DNA of 64,000 nt from Minisyncoccota bacterium (GTDB lineage: Bacteria > Patescibacteriota > Minisyncoccia > Phycocordibacterales > UBA9973), in assembly GCA_031413715.1 (NCBI GenBank), contig JANOFO010000010.1, forward strand, positions 302 through 64,301, in the 5' to 3' direction. This document shows, in pieces, positions 1 through 8,940 of this stretch. The notes under the pieces are model-generated. The model saw only the letters and a program-made list of their open reading frames with translations. It searched no databases and was not told the origin of the DNA. The position numbers were made by a program, and so were the translations under genes. The first letter of the stretch is position 1, and each line of letters starts with the position of its first letter.

Positions 1-260
1 AGGCTGCACACTATCTCGCTGGATTCTTTTGGACGTTTATGGTGATGGTGACGTTTGTGGTTATGTTCTCGGGCGTTGCATACGGCGCATGGGAATTTCT
101 CCAGCCGCTTCGCCCGTCCGCTGCCGAATCGGTTTCGGTGCCGCAAAAAAAGGTATTTAGTACGAGTGAATTGCAAAAAATGCTCGAGACACTCGGCAAC
201 CGTGCGCAGCAATATCAAAATGCAAAAATCGCTCCGGTTCCCGTGAAAGATCCATCGTGA
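1..260 (+). CDS. Partial single-TM protein, resembles the 536..865 pil-cluster protein
   Basis: Frame is open back to the window edge (AAHYLAGFFWTFMVMV...). Hydrophobic helix, ends VKDPS* like YRDPSI* of 536..865. Confidence 0.5.
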   Translation, partial: AAHYLAGFFWTFMVMVTFVVMFSGVAYGAWEFLQPLRPSAAESVSVPQKKVFSTSELQKMLETLGNRAQQYQNAKIAPVPVKDPS

Positions 261-314
261 TCTAGGGTTGGATTGCGAGGTGGGGAGCTGGTAGGATGGG
301 GAAGTGGAAAAAGC

Positions 315-386
315 GCCCTTGTAGTTAAATGGATATAACTGCGGACTTCTAAGCCGTAATTCGAGGTTCGATTCCTCGCGGGGGCA
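315..386 (+). tRNA. tRNA-Arg(TCT)
   Basis: Acceptor gcccttg/cgggggc, anticodon loop cttctaa, T arm cgagg-ttcgatt-cctcg. No encoded CCA. Confidence 0.92.
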
Positions 387-524
387 CAAAAGCGTAAAGT
401 TCAAAAGAGTACTCTGCAGTACTCTTTTGCGCTTTTGTGAACCGGAGCGATATTTTGCGAGCACGCAAAATCGCGAGGTCGGGTCGGGAAAGTTTTGCCT
501 GACGAGGCAAAACTTATCGTAACC
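385..524 (+). repeat. tRNA-trailing structured element, copy A
   Basis: Three hairpins homologous to 33544-33684 on the minus strand, e.g. ttttgcg-agca-cgcaaaa and a ctgacgag loop. Confidence 0.7.
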
Positions 525-535
525 AAATTTATTCC

Positions 536-865
536 CTATATACTCGGATCTCTATATGAAGGAGGGTTTGATTTCAATTCACCCTCTGTATTGGCTTTCT
601 GATCGAACAAATCAGTCGTAGTTTTAAAAAGATCTTCTCTAAGCAAATTAGTATTCTCTTCAAAGGCAGGCGTAGCTTGAAATACTTGGTCATTCTTTAT
701 CTCATAGAGAAGATAGAGGCTAAATATTATAAGGATCAAAACAATCACAAAGAAAACCCAGAGGAGCATCTTCCAATGTCTATGAGGATTCGGAAGCATG
801 CGTGGAGATACACTTTTTGTAGGTTTTTTAAATATATTTTTAATTTTATCAGTGAAATTTTTCAT
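536..865 (-). CDS. Single-TM protein at end of pilMNO-like cluster
   Basis: 109 aa, one TM helix, tightly coupled to the upstream pil genes. Confidence 0.7.
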   Translation of the reverse strand: MKNFTDKIKNIFKKPTKSVSPRMLPNPHRHWKMLLWVFFVIVLILIIFSLYLLYEIKNDQVFQATPAFEENTNLLREDLFKTTTDLFDQKANTEGELKSNPPSYRDPSI

Positions 866-868
866 AAT

Positions 869-1423
869 TTATGATGATGTAAGTACACTAAAGGATATAA
901 CCGCCTGCCACGATGTGACTTCGGTTGTCTTGGATACTCCTTTTACGTCTGTACGTACTAACTGCGTCATTTCACTAAGATACGTATTGATTATGTGGAT
1001 CTGGTACGGAGAATTTTCAAGAAGCATGATAGTCCGCATGATGCTTGTAAAAGTTCCATTGGCGGTTATGTCCAACATAAGTCTGTTTGAAGTGTTAGGT
1101 GACAGATTAAATCCTTTGACTTTTATCTGTGCCCCTGTTATTGGTCCTAGTCTTTCCAGATATTCAATAAACGAATCAATTGCGGCGGAGCTTACAAAAT
1201 GACTATCAATGATATCTTTTGTATTTTGTATTTCCGCAATTCTTTTCTCCAAATCAGTCGCATTTTCTTTCTTGGCGATTTTACTTGCAAGTGTCGCAGC
1301 CAGATTAGAGGTGTGTTCGTTTTTATTTTTTATGATATGAAAGAAAAATAAGAGAGTAGCGCATGAAAAGAGCGCGAGGAATATTGAGAGTGAAAATATG
1401 AAGTTGGTGCGACTTTTTTTCAT
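869..1423 (-). CDS. pilO: PilO-like type IV pilus assembly protein
   Basis: N-terminal TM and coiled coil, then a ferredoxin-like segment (GTF..IM..I.LLENSPY). Lies after pilMN. Confidence 0.65.
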   Translation of the reverse strand: MKKSRTNFIFSLSIFLALFSCATLLFFFHIIKNKNEHTSNLAATLASKIAKKENATDLEKRIAEIQNTKDIIDSHFVSSAAIDSFIEYLERLGPITGAQIKVKGFNLSPNTSNRLMLDITANGTFTSIMRTIMLLENSPYQIHIINTYLSEMTQLVRTDVKGVSKTTEVTSWQAVISFSVLTSS

Positions 1424-1424
1424 A

Positions 1425-3050
1425 TTACTTCATGATAATTGAAATAGTAAAAGAAATATTGGATGGCTGTATGAAATTTGAGATTGGAATGATCACAGAG
1501 GCAAAGAGCGGGTTGTTATCAAGACTCGTTTTAAAATTCCTCAACGTAATACGATCGATAGCTGTGCCGTCTATCTTTATCGCGCGTTTACCTTGCGCAT
1601 CTTCATTGTATAGCATCTGCGAAACTGTTATCCCTTTGGGGAGATTGGTGACAAAATTCTTTAGGATAACATCACTCACCGAAGGTGACACTGGTTTTTC
1701 AGAGAGTAGGAGAGCAAGTTTAGAGTTAATGTCCTTTATCGTCTTATCGATATCAGCCGTGGTAATCTCAGGATTAGCAATATTGAAAGCCTCGAGCCTT
1801 TGGGTGGCAATATTTAACTTGGAAATTGAGAAGAAGTAGGACGGGAGGACGAGGAGTATCGCGACTACTGTGGAAAGAGCGAGAAACGAGAAACACATGC
1901 TGGCAAATCGTAGCCAGTATGTGCGACGGAGGTTATTTTTTTCCTTACTCGGGAGAACATTGATCATTGTCTGAGGTTTTTGTATGTAGTCACCGAGCGC
2001 AAGCCCGAGAACAGTCGCGTAGCCGAATGATTGTTCAAAAGACATAGAAGGAACCGAGATCTTCATATCTGAAATATTGACCCATGCATTCGCATTCTCC
2101 ACTTTGAGCATCATACTGGCTGCCAAATAATTAGAAAGGCCGACAAGATTAGCATCACCACCGCAGAGTATAATGCGATCAAGCGTCTCGTGTTTGGTCT
2201 CATCGTCTTCATGCGTCTTCCAGTATACATATTGCTTGTTAAGTTCATCGCGTAAAACTGAAATGCCGTTTAATATCGCCGGAAATATATCGTCTGCGTT
2301 AGAGGTACTCGAGAGACCGTACGAGAACTTCATCTTCTCGGCTTCCTCAAATGATATGGAGAAATTCTTGGCGATCATATTCGTAATAGAGATACCTCCA
2401 ATATCGAGGGTCGTAGTGAAAAATACCCGTCCTTTATGAGCAATCGATGCTCCGGTCCGCGCCTCGCCAAAATCTACAATGAGTATGGCACTTTCATCGC
2501 CTCGAGGTATAACCGCGCGCGCAATAGCCTGAGCCTCAAGCTCAAATGAAAGCGGAATGAGATCTGCTTTTTTAAATACAGACAAATAACTCTCAATTGT
2601 CACAGTCGCGATAGCCAGAACTTCGACGAAAATATTTTCCGCGTTTTCACTGACGATATCATAATCAAAAATAGTATCTGATGCTTTGAGGGGGATATGA
2701 TCTTCGAGCGATAGCTCGATGGCCTCTCGCAGATTTCCACTCGAGATTTTTGGAAGCTTGATTATAAAGAGATACATCTGCTCTTCGGGAAGTGAGACTC
2801 GCACGAAATGCAGACGTTCACGACGAGCAAGATCTTTGAGAATATGTATCAATTTTTCTTCATCCTCAATCTTTCCTGAAACTACTATCCCAGCTGGCAT
2901 GCTTTCGTGGCCAAAACGGCCGAGCCGCAAACCGAACGGCGTAGCTAAAAGCTCGCCATATTTTATCGATTGATCTGAAATATCAAGCGCGCATGAATTC
3001 ATCGCCAAAAATGCTGGCGTAGGAAAATAGCGACTGTACAATTGCTTCAT
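1425..3050 (-). CDS. pilM: PilM actin-like protein fused to a PilN-like domain
   Basis: LDISDQSIK, IVDFG, ILCGGDANL and GLAL motifs, followed in-frame by MINVLP...TM...PilN-like domain. Confidence 0.85.
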   Translation of the reverse strand: MKQLYSRYFPTPAFLAMNSCALDISDQSIKYGELLATPFGLRLGRFGHESMPAGIVVSGKIEDEEKLIHILKDLARRERLHFVRVSLPEEQMYLFIIKLPKISSGNLREAIELSLEDHIPLKASDTIFDYDIVSENAENIFVEVLAIATVTIESYLSVFKKADLIPLSFELEAQAIARAVIPRGDESAILIVDFGEARTGASIAHKGRVFFTTTLDIGGISITNMIAKNFSISFEEAEKMKFSYGLSSTSNADDIFPAILNGISVLRDELNKQYVYWKTHEDDETKHETLDRIILCGGDANLVGLSNYLAASMMLKVENANAWVNISDMKISVPSMSFEQSFGYATVLGLALGDYIQKPQTMINVLPSKEKNNLRRTYWLRFASMCFSFLALSTVVAILLVLPSYFFSISKLNIATQRLEAFNIANPEITTADIDKTIKDINSKLALLLSEKPVSPSVSDVILKNFVTNLPKGITVSQMLYNEDAQGKRAIKIDGTAIDRITLRNFKTSLDNNPLFASVIIPISNFIQPSNISFTISIIMK

Positions 3051-3090
3051 ACTACTCCATTATACGCTACTTATAAATGTTATAAAAGCA

Positions 3091-3687
3091 TTATTTGCGC
3101 TTCGAGATAAGATAGTGGGCAAGTTTAACGAAAAATGGGAGGAAAGAAAACCCAATGATAAGTAAAGCTGTCGGCAAGAGGAATCGATCAGGATTAGGGA
3201 TCATCCCTCCAAGATAATATCCGAGAAGTGGGACAACAATCGCCCAAAGAATCCCACCAGAGACATTGTAAAAGAAGAATTTTTTATAATCCATCCCTGC
3301 TACGCCTGCGACAATAGGAGCAAAGGTTCTCATGATCGGCACAAAACGCGCGGCTATTATAGTTATAGGCCCGCGCTTTTTATAAAAGTTCTCTGCTCTC
3401 TCTAGTCCCTTCTTATTAAAAAATGTCGAGTTTTCTCTCTCAAATAATTTTCTCCCCATTCGCTTTCCTATCCAGTATCCGGTATTGTCTCCAAGTATTG
3501 AACCAAGCGCAACAATAATAATAAGGAGAGGGAGGGAGAAGTACCCTTCTAATGCAAAAATTCCAGCAGCGAAAAGCAATGTATCCCCTGGCAAGAAGAA
3601 CCCGATCAGCAAGCCAGATTCGGCAAAGACAACTAAGAAAATTCCGAGGAGCCCTGCTGTTTTTATAATTAAGGTAGGATCAAGCAT
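3091..3687 (-). CDS. DedA family membrane protein
   Basis: FAESGLLIGFFLPGDTLL and ARFVPIMRTFAP motifs. Start set at ATG 3687. Confidence 0.9.
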   Translation of the reverse strand: MLDPTLIIKTAGLLGIFLVVFAESGLLIGFFLPGDTLLFAAGIFALEGYFSLPLLIIIVALGSILGDNTGYWIGKRMGRKLFERENSTFFNKKGLERAENFYKKRGPITIIAARFVPIMRTFAPIVAGVAGMDYKKFFFYNVSGGILWAIVVPLLGYYLGGMIPNPDRFLLPTALLIIGFSFLPFFVKLAHYLISKRK

Positions 3688-3688
3688 A

Positions 3689-4042
3689 TTAGCGAACGCG
3701 TGCCCCAGGATTGACCTCCCTTTCCGGCACAAGAAAAACCGGCATACCATCAATTCCATCAACTGCCATGAGCATACCATTTGATTCAACTCCTTTTATT
3801 GTGCGGGGTTCTAAATTCACTATATACAGGACTTGCTTGCCTATTAGTTTTTCATATTCTGGATAAAATTCATGGATGCCTGAAACAATCTGTCGTAATT
3901 TTCTATTCCCTTCTTCATCTTTCTCATCAAAATCTATCTGAAAGCGCAAAAGCTTATCAGTCTCTGGCACAGGTTCGACTTCTTTGATCGTCCCTAGCCT
4001 AATATCCATCTTCTTAAATTCTTCGTATGATACGTACTCCAT
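3689..4042 (-). CDS. Stand-alone tRNA-binding OB-fold protein (MetRS C-terminal/CsaA/Trbp111-like)
   Basis: EFKKMDIRLG, DKLL, RQIVSGI and VNLEPRTIKGVESNGML motifs. Confidence 0.88.
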   Translation of the reverse strand: MEYVSYEEFKKMDIRLGTIKEVEPVPETDKLLRFQIDFDEKDEEGNRKLRQIVSGIHEFYPEYEKLIGKQVLYIVNLEPRTIKGVESNGMLMAVDGIDGMPVFLVPEREVNPGARVR

Positions 4043-4049
4043 AAATCTA

Positions 4050-5804
4050 TTATATCACTTCCGCTTGATAACACTTTTCGCAGTAAATTTTCTCAGGTCT
4101 ATCGGGAGTATACGGTGTCTCAAATTCTACTTGGCATTTCCCTTTGTGAGAATGATTAGTAAGATCACACATACAAGACCGCTGCCAAAGCTTCCAGGGC
4201 AATGTCCGCTTTGCTTGGCGTTCTGAATGTCGACAGTTGGGACAAAACGTAGGTAATGCGATGCCAAATCGCTTGTAGAAAACAAGTTCTTCTTTGCTTA
4301 TTTTAAATGCATAGGTACAAACTTCATTACATTCTGACTTATGCGCACAAGGCAAAACTTCATTGATTACCGTATCAGGAATATCATTGATCGCATCAGG
4401 GAGATCACCAAGGGTGAGAGTTGGCTGATGTTCTCGTTTGATAGGATCTCGCCAGCGGAATCCTTGGACTAAAACTTTTTCTTTCTCGATGGGAAAAAAT
4501 TCAAATGCTGCACTTTCATTATAAGCAAAGCGAGACAGATTGATTGGAAAATATTCTCCATATTTATAGACCGCTCCATTCCCTTCTATATAAGGCATCT
4601 CATTCATATGAGTGATAATCCTAGGCAGAAGTGCTTCGTATTCCTCTTTTGTATACTGCTTATTTAAAATGCAGTACTCTTTGTGCTTGATACTGGCACA
4701 ACCAAAGCAATTTTTGATATGACTAGGTCCGTCACAGTATGCAACAGTATCGGTATCACCAAGATTGTACGAAAAGAGGCAATGACTATTCCCTCGTCCG
4801 GCAACTGCAAACTCGTACGAAGATTCAGATCGCCCCGACATAGAGAAGTCATAGACATCAACAAGGTGGTTGGTAGTTATCGCTCCATATTTGAGGTTCT
4901 CACAATCTTGAATCGAGAAAGAATGTCGTACGTTTTTAGAATTAAAAATAGAATCACCCGTACAATTTTCAGACTGGAGGATGTTTGCATATTTATGGAT
5001 TGAATTCTTTATCAAGCTTTCATATTCATCATGGAGAGATTCAGCAAGGGATTGTTTACCGAGGCGATATTCAGTAATTTTTTCTTTGTAGGCTTCGGGA
5101 GTATATTGAGTATTGCGAAAAACATATGATTTATTGCGTAGATTAGAGGACATAAAGCAATTCGTGCAATTACTGCAGTCAAACAAGAATTGGGAATCAA
5201 TACACTGATGAGAGCGAGTCAGGGAGATACAGTTATAATTCCCTTTTGAATCAACAAGATCATAGCAGTTCTCGTCTTCGCGTATATTTGTACAGTCCAT
5301 GCACATTCGGTTGCCATTCTCACCTCCCCAAGAATAAAAAATATCTTCAGACCGAACAATCCCATAGGAAAGATATGTCCGTGAACTGCGATATATATAA
5401 TTAGAAAAAATAACTCCTTCGCCATTGTTGTTTTGATGTTCGAGGTGTATCTGAGGAACAGTCTTTAAAAGATCATAAAATTGCTCAAAGAATGGCCTTG
5501 AGAAATCATAGTCACGTCCACAATCCATCGCATCCCAATCATCAGAGAAATAACATTTCGTACAATACACAATAAAAGGAGAATCGGGGTGATACATAGA
5601 AAACATGGGGTCGCTGCAACGAGAACAATCTCGCTTGTAAAGTGATCGATGGTTAAGAGATGCGAGTCTTCGCCTCAATCGACAGTCTGGGCAGAACGTC
5701 GGAGGAGGAACATTCATTTTCGTATAAAAATCAAAATCTTCGGTTTCAATAATGAAATCTCGTTTACAATTCTGACAATTTTTGGTTTCTGGACTCATAA
5801 TCAT
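4050..5804 (-). CDS. Cys-rich CxxC-repeat protein of unknown function (paralog of 41887..43653)
   Basis: CQNCK..F.IE..DF.FY.K..VP.PT.CP.CR N-terminus, many CxxC motifs, IYCEKCYQAEVI C-terminus. Confidence 0.85.
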   Translation of the reverse strand: MIMSPETKNCQNCKRDFIIETEDFDFYTKMNVPPPTFCPDCRLRRRLASLNHRSLYKRDCSRCSDPMFSMYHPDSPFIVYCTKCYFSDDWDAMDCGRDYDFSRPFFEQFYDLLKTVPQIHLEHQNNNGEGVIFSNYIYRSSRTYLSYGIVRSEDIFYSWGGENGNRMCMDCTNIREDENCYDLVDSKGNYNCISLTRSHQCIDSQFLFDCSNCTNCFMSSNLRNKSYVFRNTQYTPEAYKEKITEYRLGKQSLAESLHDEYESLIKNSIHKYANILQSENCTGDSIFNSKNVRHSFSIQDCENLKYGAITTNHLVDVYDFSMSGRSESSYEFAVAGRGNSHCLFSYNLGDTDTVAYCDGPSHIKNCFGCASIKHKEYCILNKQYTKEEYEALLPRIITHMNEMPYIEGNGAVYKYGEYFPINLSRFAYNESAAFEFFPIEKEKVLVQGFRWRDPIKREHQPTLTLGDLPDAINDIPDTVINEVLPCAHKSECNEVCTYAFKISKEELVFYKRFGIALPTFCPNCRHSERQAKRTLPWKLWQRSCMCDLTNHSHKGKCQVEFETPYTPDRPEKIYCEKCYQAEVI

Positions 5805-5831
5805 TGTAAGCTATCGCTTGGGTTGATTACA

Positions 5832-6254
5832 TTATTTCTGGTTCTTTTTATCCAAATATCTCTGCAAGATTAATGCGGCAGCGGACGCATCGACGGATGT
5901 AGCTTCCTGTTTGCTCACTTTGCGAGCATTGTTCACTTCTTTGCCACTTCTCCCCCGTGCTTCGACTGTCGTCATAAATTCTTTTTGAAAATAAATCGGC
6001 AGATCAAGCTCGGCTTCCAAGTTTCTTTTGAATTCTTCTATACTGCCCATAATCTTGTTTGGAGCACCAGAGAGATCATGAGACTCGCCGAGAACTATAC
6101 CTGCAATATTTTCTTCTCCACATATGTTATGAATAGTATCAACAAGTTCCATATTGTTCGGCACAATTTTATATGGAAAAGCCATCGTTCCTCCGTCGTC
6201 TGAAATCGCAATTCCTACTCTCTTTAAACCGTAATCTATAGCTAAATGCTTCAT
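5832..6254 (-). CDS. ruvX: RuvX/YqgF nuclease
   Basis: LAIDYGLKRVGIAISD, E(F)MTT and VDASAAALILQRYLD motifs. Confidence 0.92.
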   Translation of the reverse strand: MKHLAIDYGLKRVGIAISDDGGTMAFPYKIVPNNMELVDTIHNICGEENIAGIVLGESHDLSGAPNKIMGSIEEFKRNLEAELDLPIYFQKEFMTTVEARGRSGKEVNNARKVSKQEATSVDASAAALILQRYLDKKNQK

Positions 6255-6310
6255 CTATTATATAGACTATCATAATTGCGGGAAAAGGGTATTTCTGCTA
6301 TTATCTGCCT

Positions 6311-6538
6311 ATGGAAACATTTGGAGTAAGCAACATATGGGTCGTTGTTGTAGCACTAGCGTGGACGCTGCCATGGAAAGGCTATGCACTCTGGACTGCA
6401 TCAAAACAAGGGCACAAAAGGTGGTTTATCGCGCTCATTGTCTTGAATACTTTTGCACTACTAGATATTTTCTATATATTCTATATTGCCAAGAAGACTC
6501 CAAAAGATATCGGTGTCGCGCTAAAGACAAAAGTTTAA
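6311..6538 (+). CDS. Small membrane protein (DUF5652-like)
   Basis: WTLPWKGYALW...WF...NT..LL.I.Y pattern. Extended -10 lies 6 nt upstream of the ATG. Confidence 0.75.
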   Translation: METFGVSNIWVVVVALAWTLPWKGYALWTASKQGHKRWFIALIVLNTFALLDIFYIFYIAKKTPKDIGVALKTKV

Positions 6539-6549
6539 AAATTAAATAT

Positions 6550-6636
6550 GGAAGCGTGGCGGAGTTGGTCTATCGCACTCGTCTTGAAAACGAGAGTCCC
6601 TTTAAAGGACCGTGAGTTCGAATCTCACCGCTTCCG
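6550..6636 (+). tRNA. tRNA-Ser(TGA), island integration site
   Basis: ggaagcg/cgcttcc acceptor, ctcgt-cttgaaa-acgag anticodon arm, long variable arm, gtgag-ttcgaat-ctcac T arm. Confidence 0.95.
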
Positions 6637-8199
6637 CAATACTGGTGAAGAGGTGGCGAAAGCCATCTCTCTTCCTTTATCTGCTTGGGTTTTTAGCAGT
6701 TCGTAATCTTGATTCAGCTTCGGTACCCATTCAACCAATAATTGAGCCGCATCTGTATAGAATCTCCTTATTTCAAGCCTGTTTTGCTGTAAGTTCGTAA
6801 AGATTTGAGAAAAGAGTAATCGCTTCTCATCATTGTTAGCTTTCTCATAAATTTCTCGTGCTTTGTACGCGAGTTCATGCACCGCAACTCCTAACTGTAA
6901 GTATTCATCGTTCTTGTCGCCACAACGAACCAGGGCGCTTTCAAGAGCCTCTTCCTCGGTTATCAAATCTCCAATCTTCCTCTCGAAAAATTCTGCTGGA
7001 GCCTCATGATTTATTTTTGCTTCATAGAGCTTATCCTTTTTGGTGCGAACACCTTGGAGTAGTCCATTGATGCGCTTTACGTCATTTTCGCGTTCAGTAA
7101 TCTGCTCACTGTGCTGACTTCTTAAAATATCTTCGATAGCCGAAAGTACACGCTCATCTTTTGGGGCGATGCTATCGAAAATATCAATGAGCTGTAATTC
7201 AACCCTGTCTTCTCGAATACCTGTCTTTTGAGGGCAGTTCTTGAAGGCGGTACTGTTATTACAGTGCCCGTACCAATTACCTTTCTTTTGATACCACGTA
7301 ACCATCCCACCACATCCCTCACAGAAAATCTTGCTCTTAAATAAAGCGTTGTGCTTTTGATACTTTGGATTCTTCATCTGTCGTCTCAAGACAAGTTGCA
7401 CTTTCTCAAAAACATCCCTAGCGACAAGCGACTCGTGAGTGCCAGGGTACACTTCTCCTAGCCATCGTATTTTGCCGATATAGAAAGGGTCTTGGAGTAA
7501 GTTATAGATTCGAGATTTCAATAGCATTTTGCCGCTCGTATTGCGCAATCCAGCATCGTAAAACTCTTTTTCAAGTCTCTTGAGTGAATAATCTCCCGTT
7601 GCGTACAACTCAAACATTTTCTTTATATGCACGGCAACAGCGTCATTTGGCACGTGGATTTTGTGTCCTTTCTCTCCGTCACACCTGTAACCGATAAGTG
7701 GCTTGGCAGGTAATCCACCTTGTGCGATTTTTTCCTTTTGCCCCTTCTTCACTTCTTCTGAAAGATTTGTGACATATTTTTTTGCTAGGACAATTTCAAT
7801 ATCCCATCTGAATTTCTCATCAGATTTGGCATTTTTATGAATGACAAGATTTTGTTTTACAAAATGGATTTGTCTTTCCTCATTAGCCTCAAGCCAATCG
7901 TTGATAGCTAAAGCGTCTTTAAGGTTTCTGGTAAGACGGTCAACTTTTTCGCAAAGGATATTAGTGACTTTATTTTTCTCCGTGAATTTAATCATCTCAT
8001 CAAATACCTTACGTTGCTTTGCTCCGCTTGCTGATTCTGCCATCGAAAATATCTTTACGACGGTCAACTTCTTTTTATTATCAGCATACTCTTTGAGTAA
8101 TTTTTCCTGTGAATCGAGAGAATACCCAGTTTCTTCCTGTTCTCTTGATGAGACTCGACAGTACAGTACGGCTTTTGGTTTTAGTTGGTTAGTAGTCAT
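6625..8199 (-). CDS. Large serine recombinase/integrase
   Basis: AVLYCRVSSREQ catalytic Ser, EKVDRLTRN, recombinase domain, Zn ribbon CEGCG, coiled coil. Last codons are antisense to the tRNA. Confidence 0.95.
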   Translation of the reverse strand: MTTNQLKPKAVLYCRVSSREQEETGYSLDSQEKLLKEYADNKKKLTVVKIFSMAESASGAKQRKVFDEMIKFTEKNKVTNILCEKVDRLTRNLKDALAINDWLEANEERQIHFVKQNLVIHKNAKSDEKFRWDIEIVLAKKYVTNLSEEVKKGQKEKIAQGGLPAKPLIGYRCDGEKGHKIHVPNDAVAVHIKKMFELYATGDYSLKRLEKEFYDAGLRNTSGKMLLKSRIYNLLQDPFYIGKIRWLGEVYPGTHESLVARDVFEKVQLVLRRQMKNPKYQKHNALFKSKIFCEGCGGMVTWYQKKGNWYGHCNNSTAFKNCPQKTGIREDRVELQLIDIFDSIAPKDERVLSAIEDILRSQHSEQITERENDVKRINGLLQGVRTKKDKLYEAKINHEAPAEFFERKIGDLITEEEALESALVRCGDKNDEYLQLGVAVHELAYKAREIYEKANNDEKRLLFSQIFTNLQQNRLEIRRFYTDAAQLLVEWVPKLNQDYELLKTQADKGREMAFATSSPVLRKR

Positions 8200-8216
8200 A
8201 AATTTAATAGGGAATG

Positions 8217-8587
8217 TTATTTCTTGGTGAAGTGTCTTGTAAGAAGCACTGTCACAAGAATCGTTATTGTTAAAATAAGCGCGAACACGATTACATTTCC
8301 ATATTCATTTATGCCTACTTGTGAAGGCGCGTTCTCTGCGGTAGTTGTCGGTTGAATTTTCAAGGCATCAAGCTCACTTCGGATTTCTTGGACTTGTGTT
8401 TTCAGTTCAGTATTTTCTTGCTGGAGATTTGAGCTTGGTTGCTGATTCTGCTGTCTTTGATAGTAAGTCTGTATACACGTTTGAAACGCAGCCTCATCAG
8501 TGGTCTTACAACCTGTTGCGGTATCTTGATATTCTTTTTTGAAGTGAAGTAGGGTTGCCATTGTTGCTGGCACCTACAGCTATCCAT
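8217..8587 (-). CDS. Hypothetical C-terminal TM protein, probably split by a frameshift
   Basis: ATG 8587 frame (MDSCRCQQQWQPYFTSKK) meets the 8217..8573 frame at A_AAA_AAG (8540-8534). Confidence 0.45.
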
Positions 8588-8593
8588 AATGCA

Positions 8594-8750
8594 AAAAGGA
8601 GTAGCCGAGGAGCCTGCTACCCACAAGATTGAATTGCACGAGGCAACCAATTGCGGAGGTCTCGACTACTCCTTTTCGCCCACAATTGGGGCTTAAAAAA
8701 GCAGAGACCTCGTGCACTGTTCAAAACTTATGGGTAGCATAGTAAGTATA
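8594..8750 (-). promoter_or_regulatory. Promoter plus structured leader upstream of the integrase operon
   Basis: tgc-TATACT -10 at 8745-8750. Nested and alternative inverted repeats across 8594-8739. Confidence 0.5.
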
Positions 8751-8940
8751 GCAAGATGGCAGGTTTTGGCAAGTCTACTTTTTCAGATGTGGATAACGCA
8801 TCTCTTTGTAGTAGGCGTTGAAAACTTCCATAACAGTGTTTCGGAATTTCTCTGCGGGGCTGATTTCACTCCTAATTACTTTTTTATTTTTTCGCATAAT
8901 TCTAGTTGGTTAAAAATAATAATTACTATAGGGGGCAATT

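Noticed and set aside
488-515. gaaa...ctgacga resembling a hammerhead ribozyme core
   Set aside because: ctgacga sits in the loop of a simple hairpin, and no three-stem junction can be drawn.
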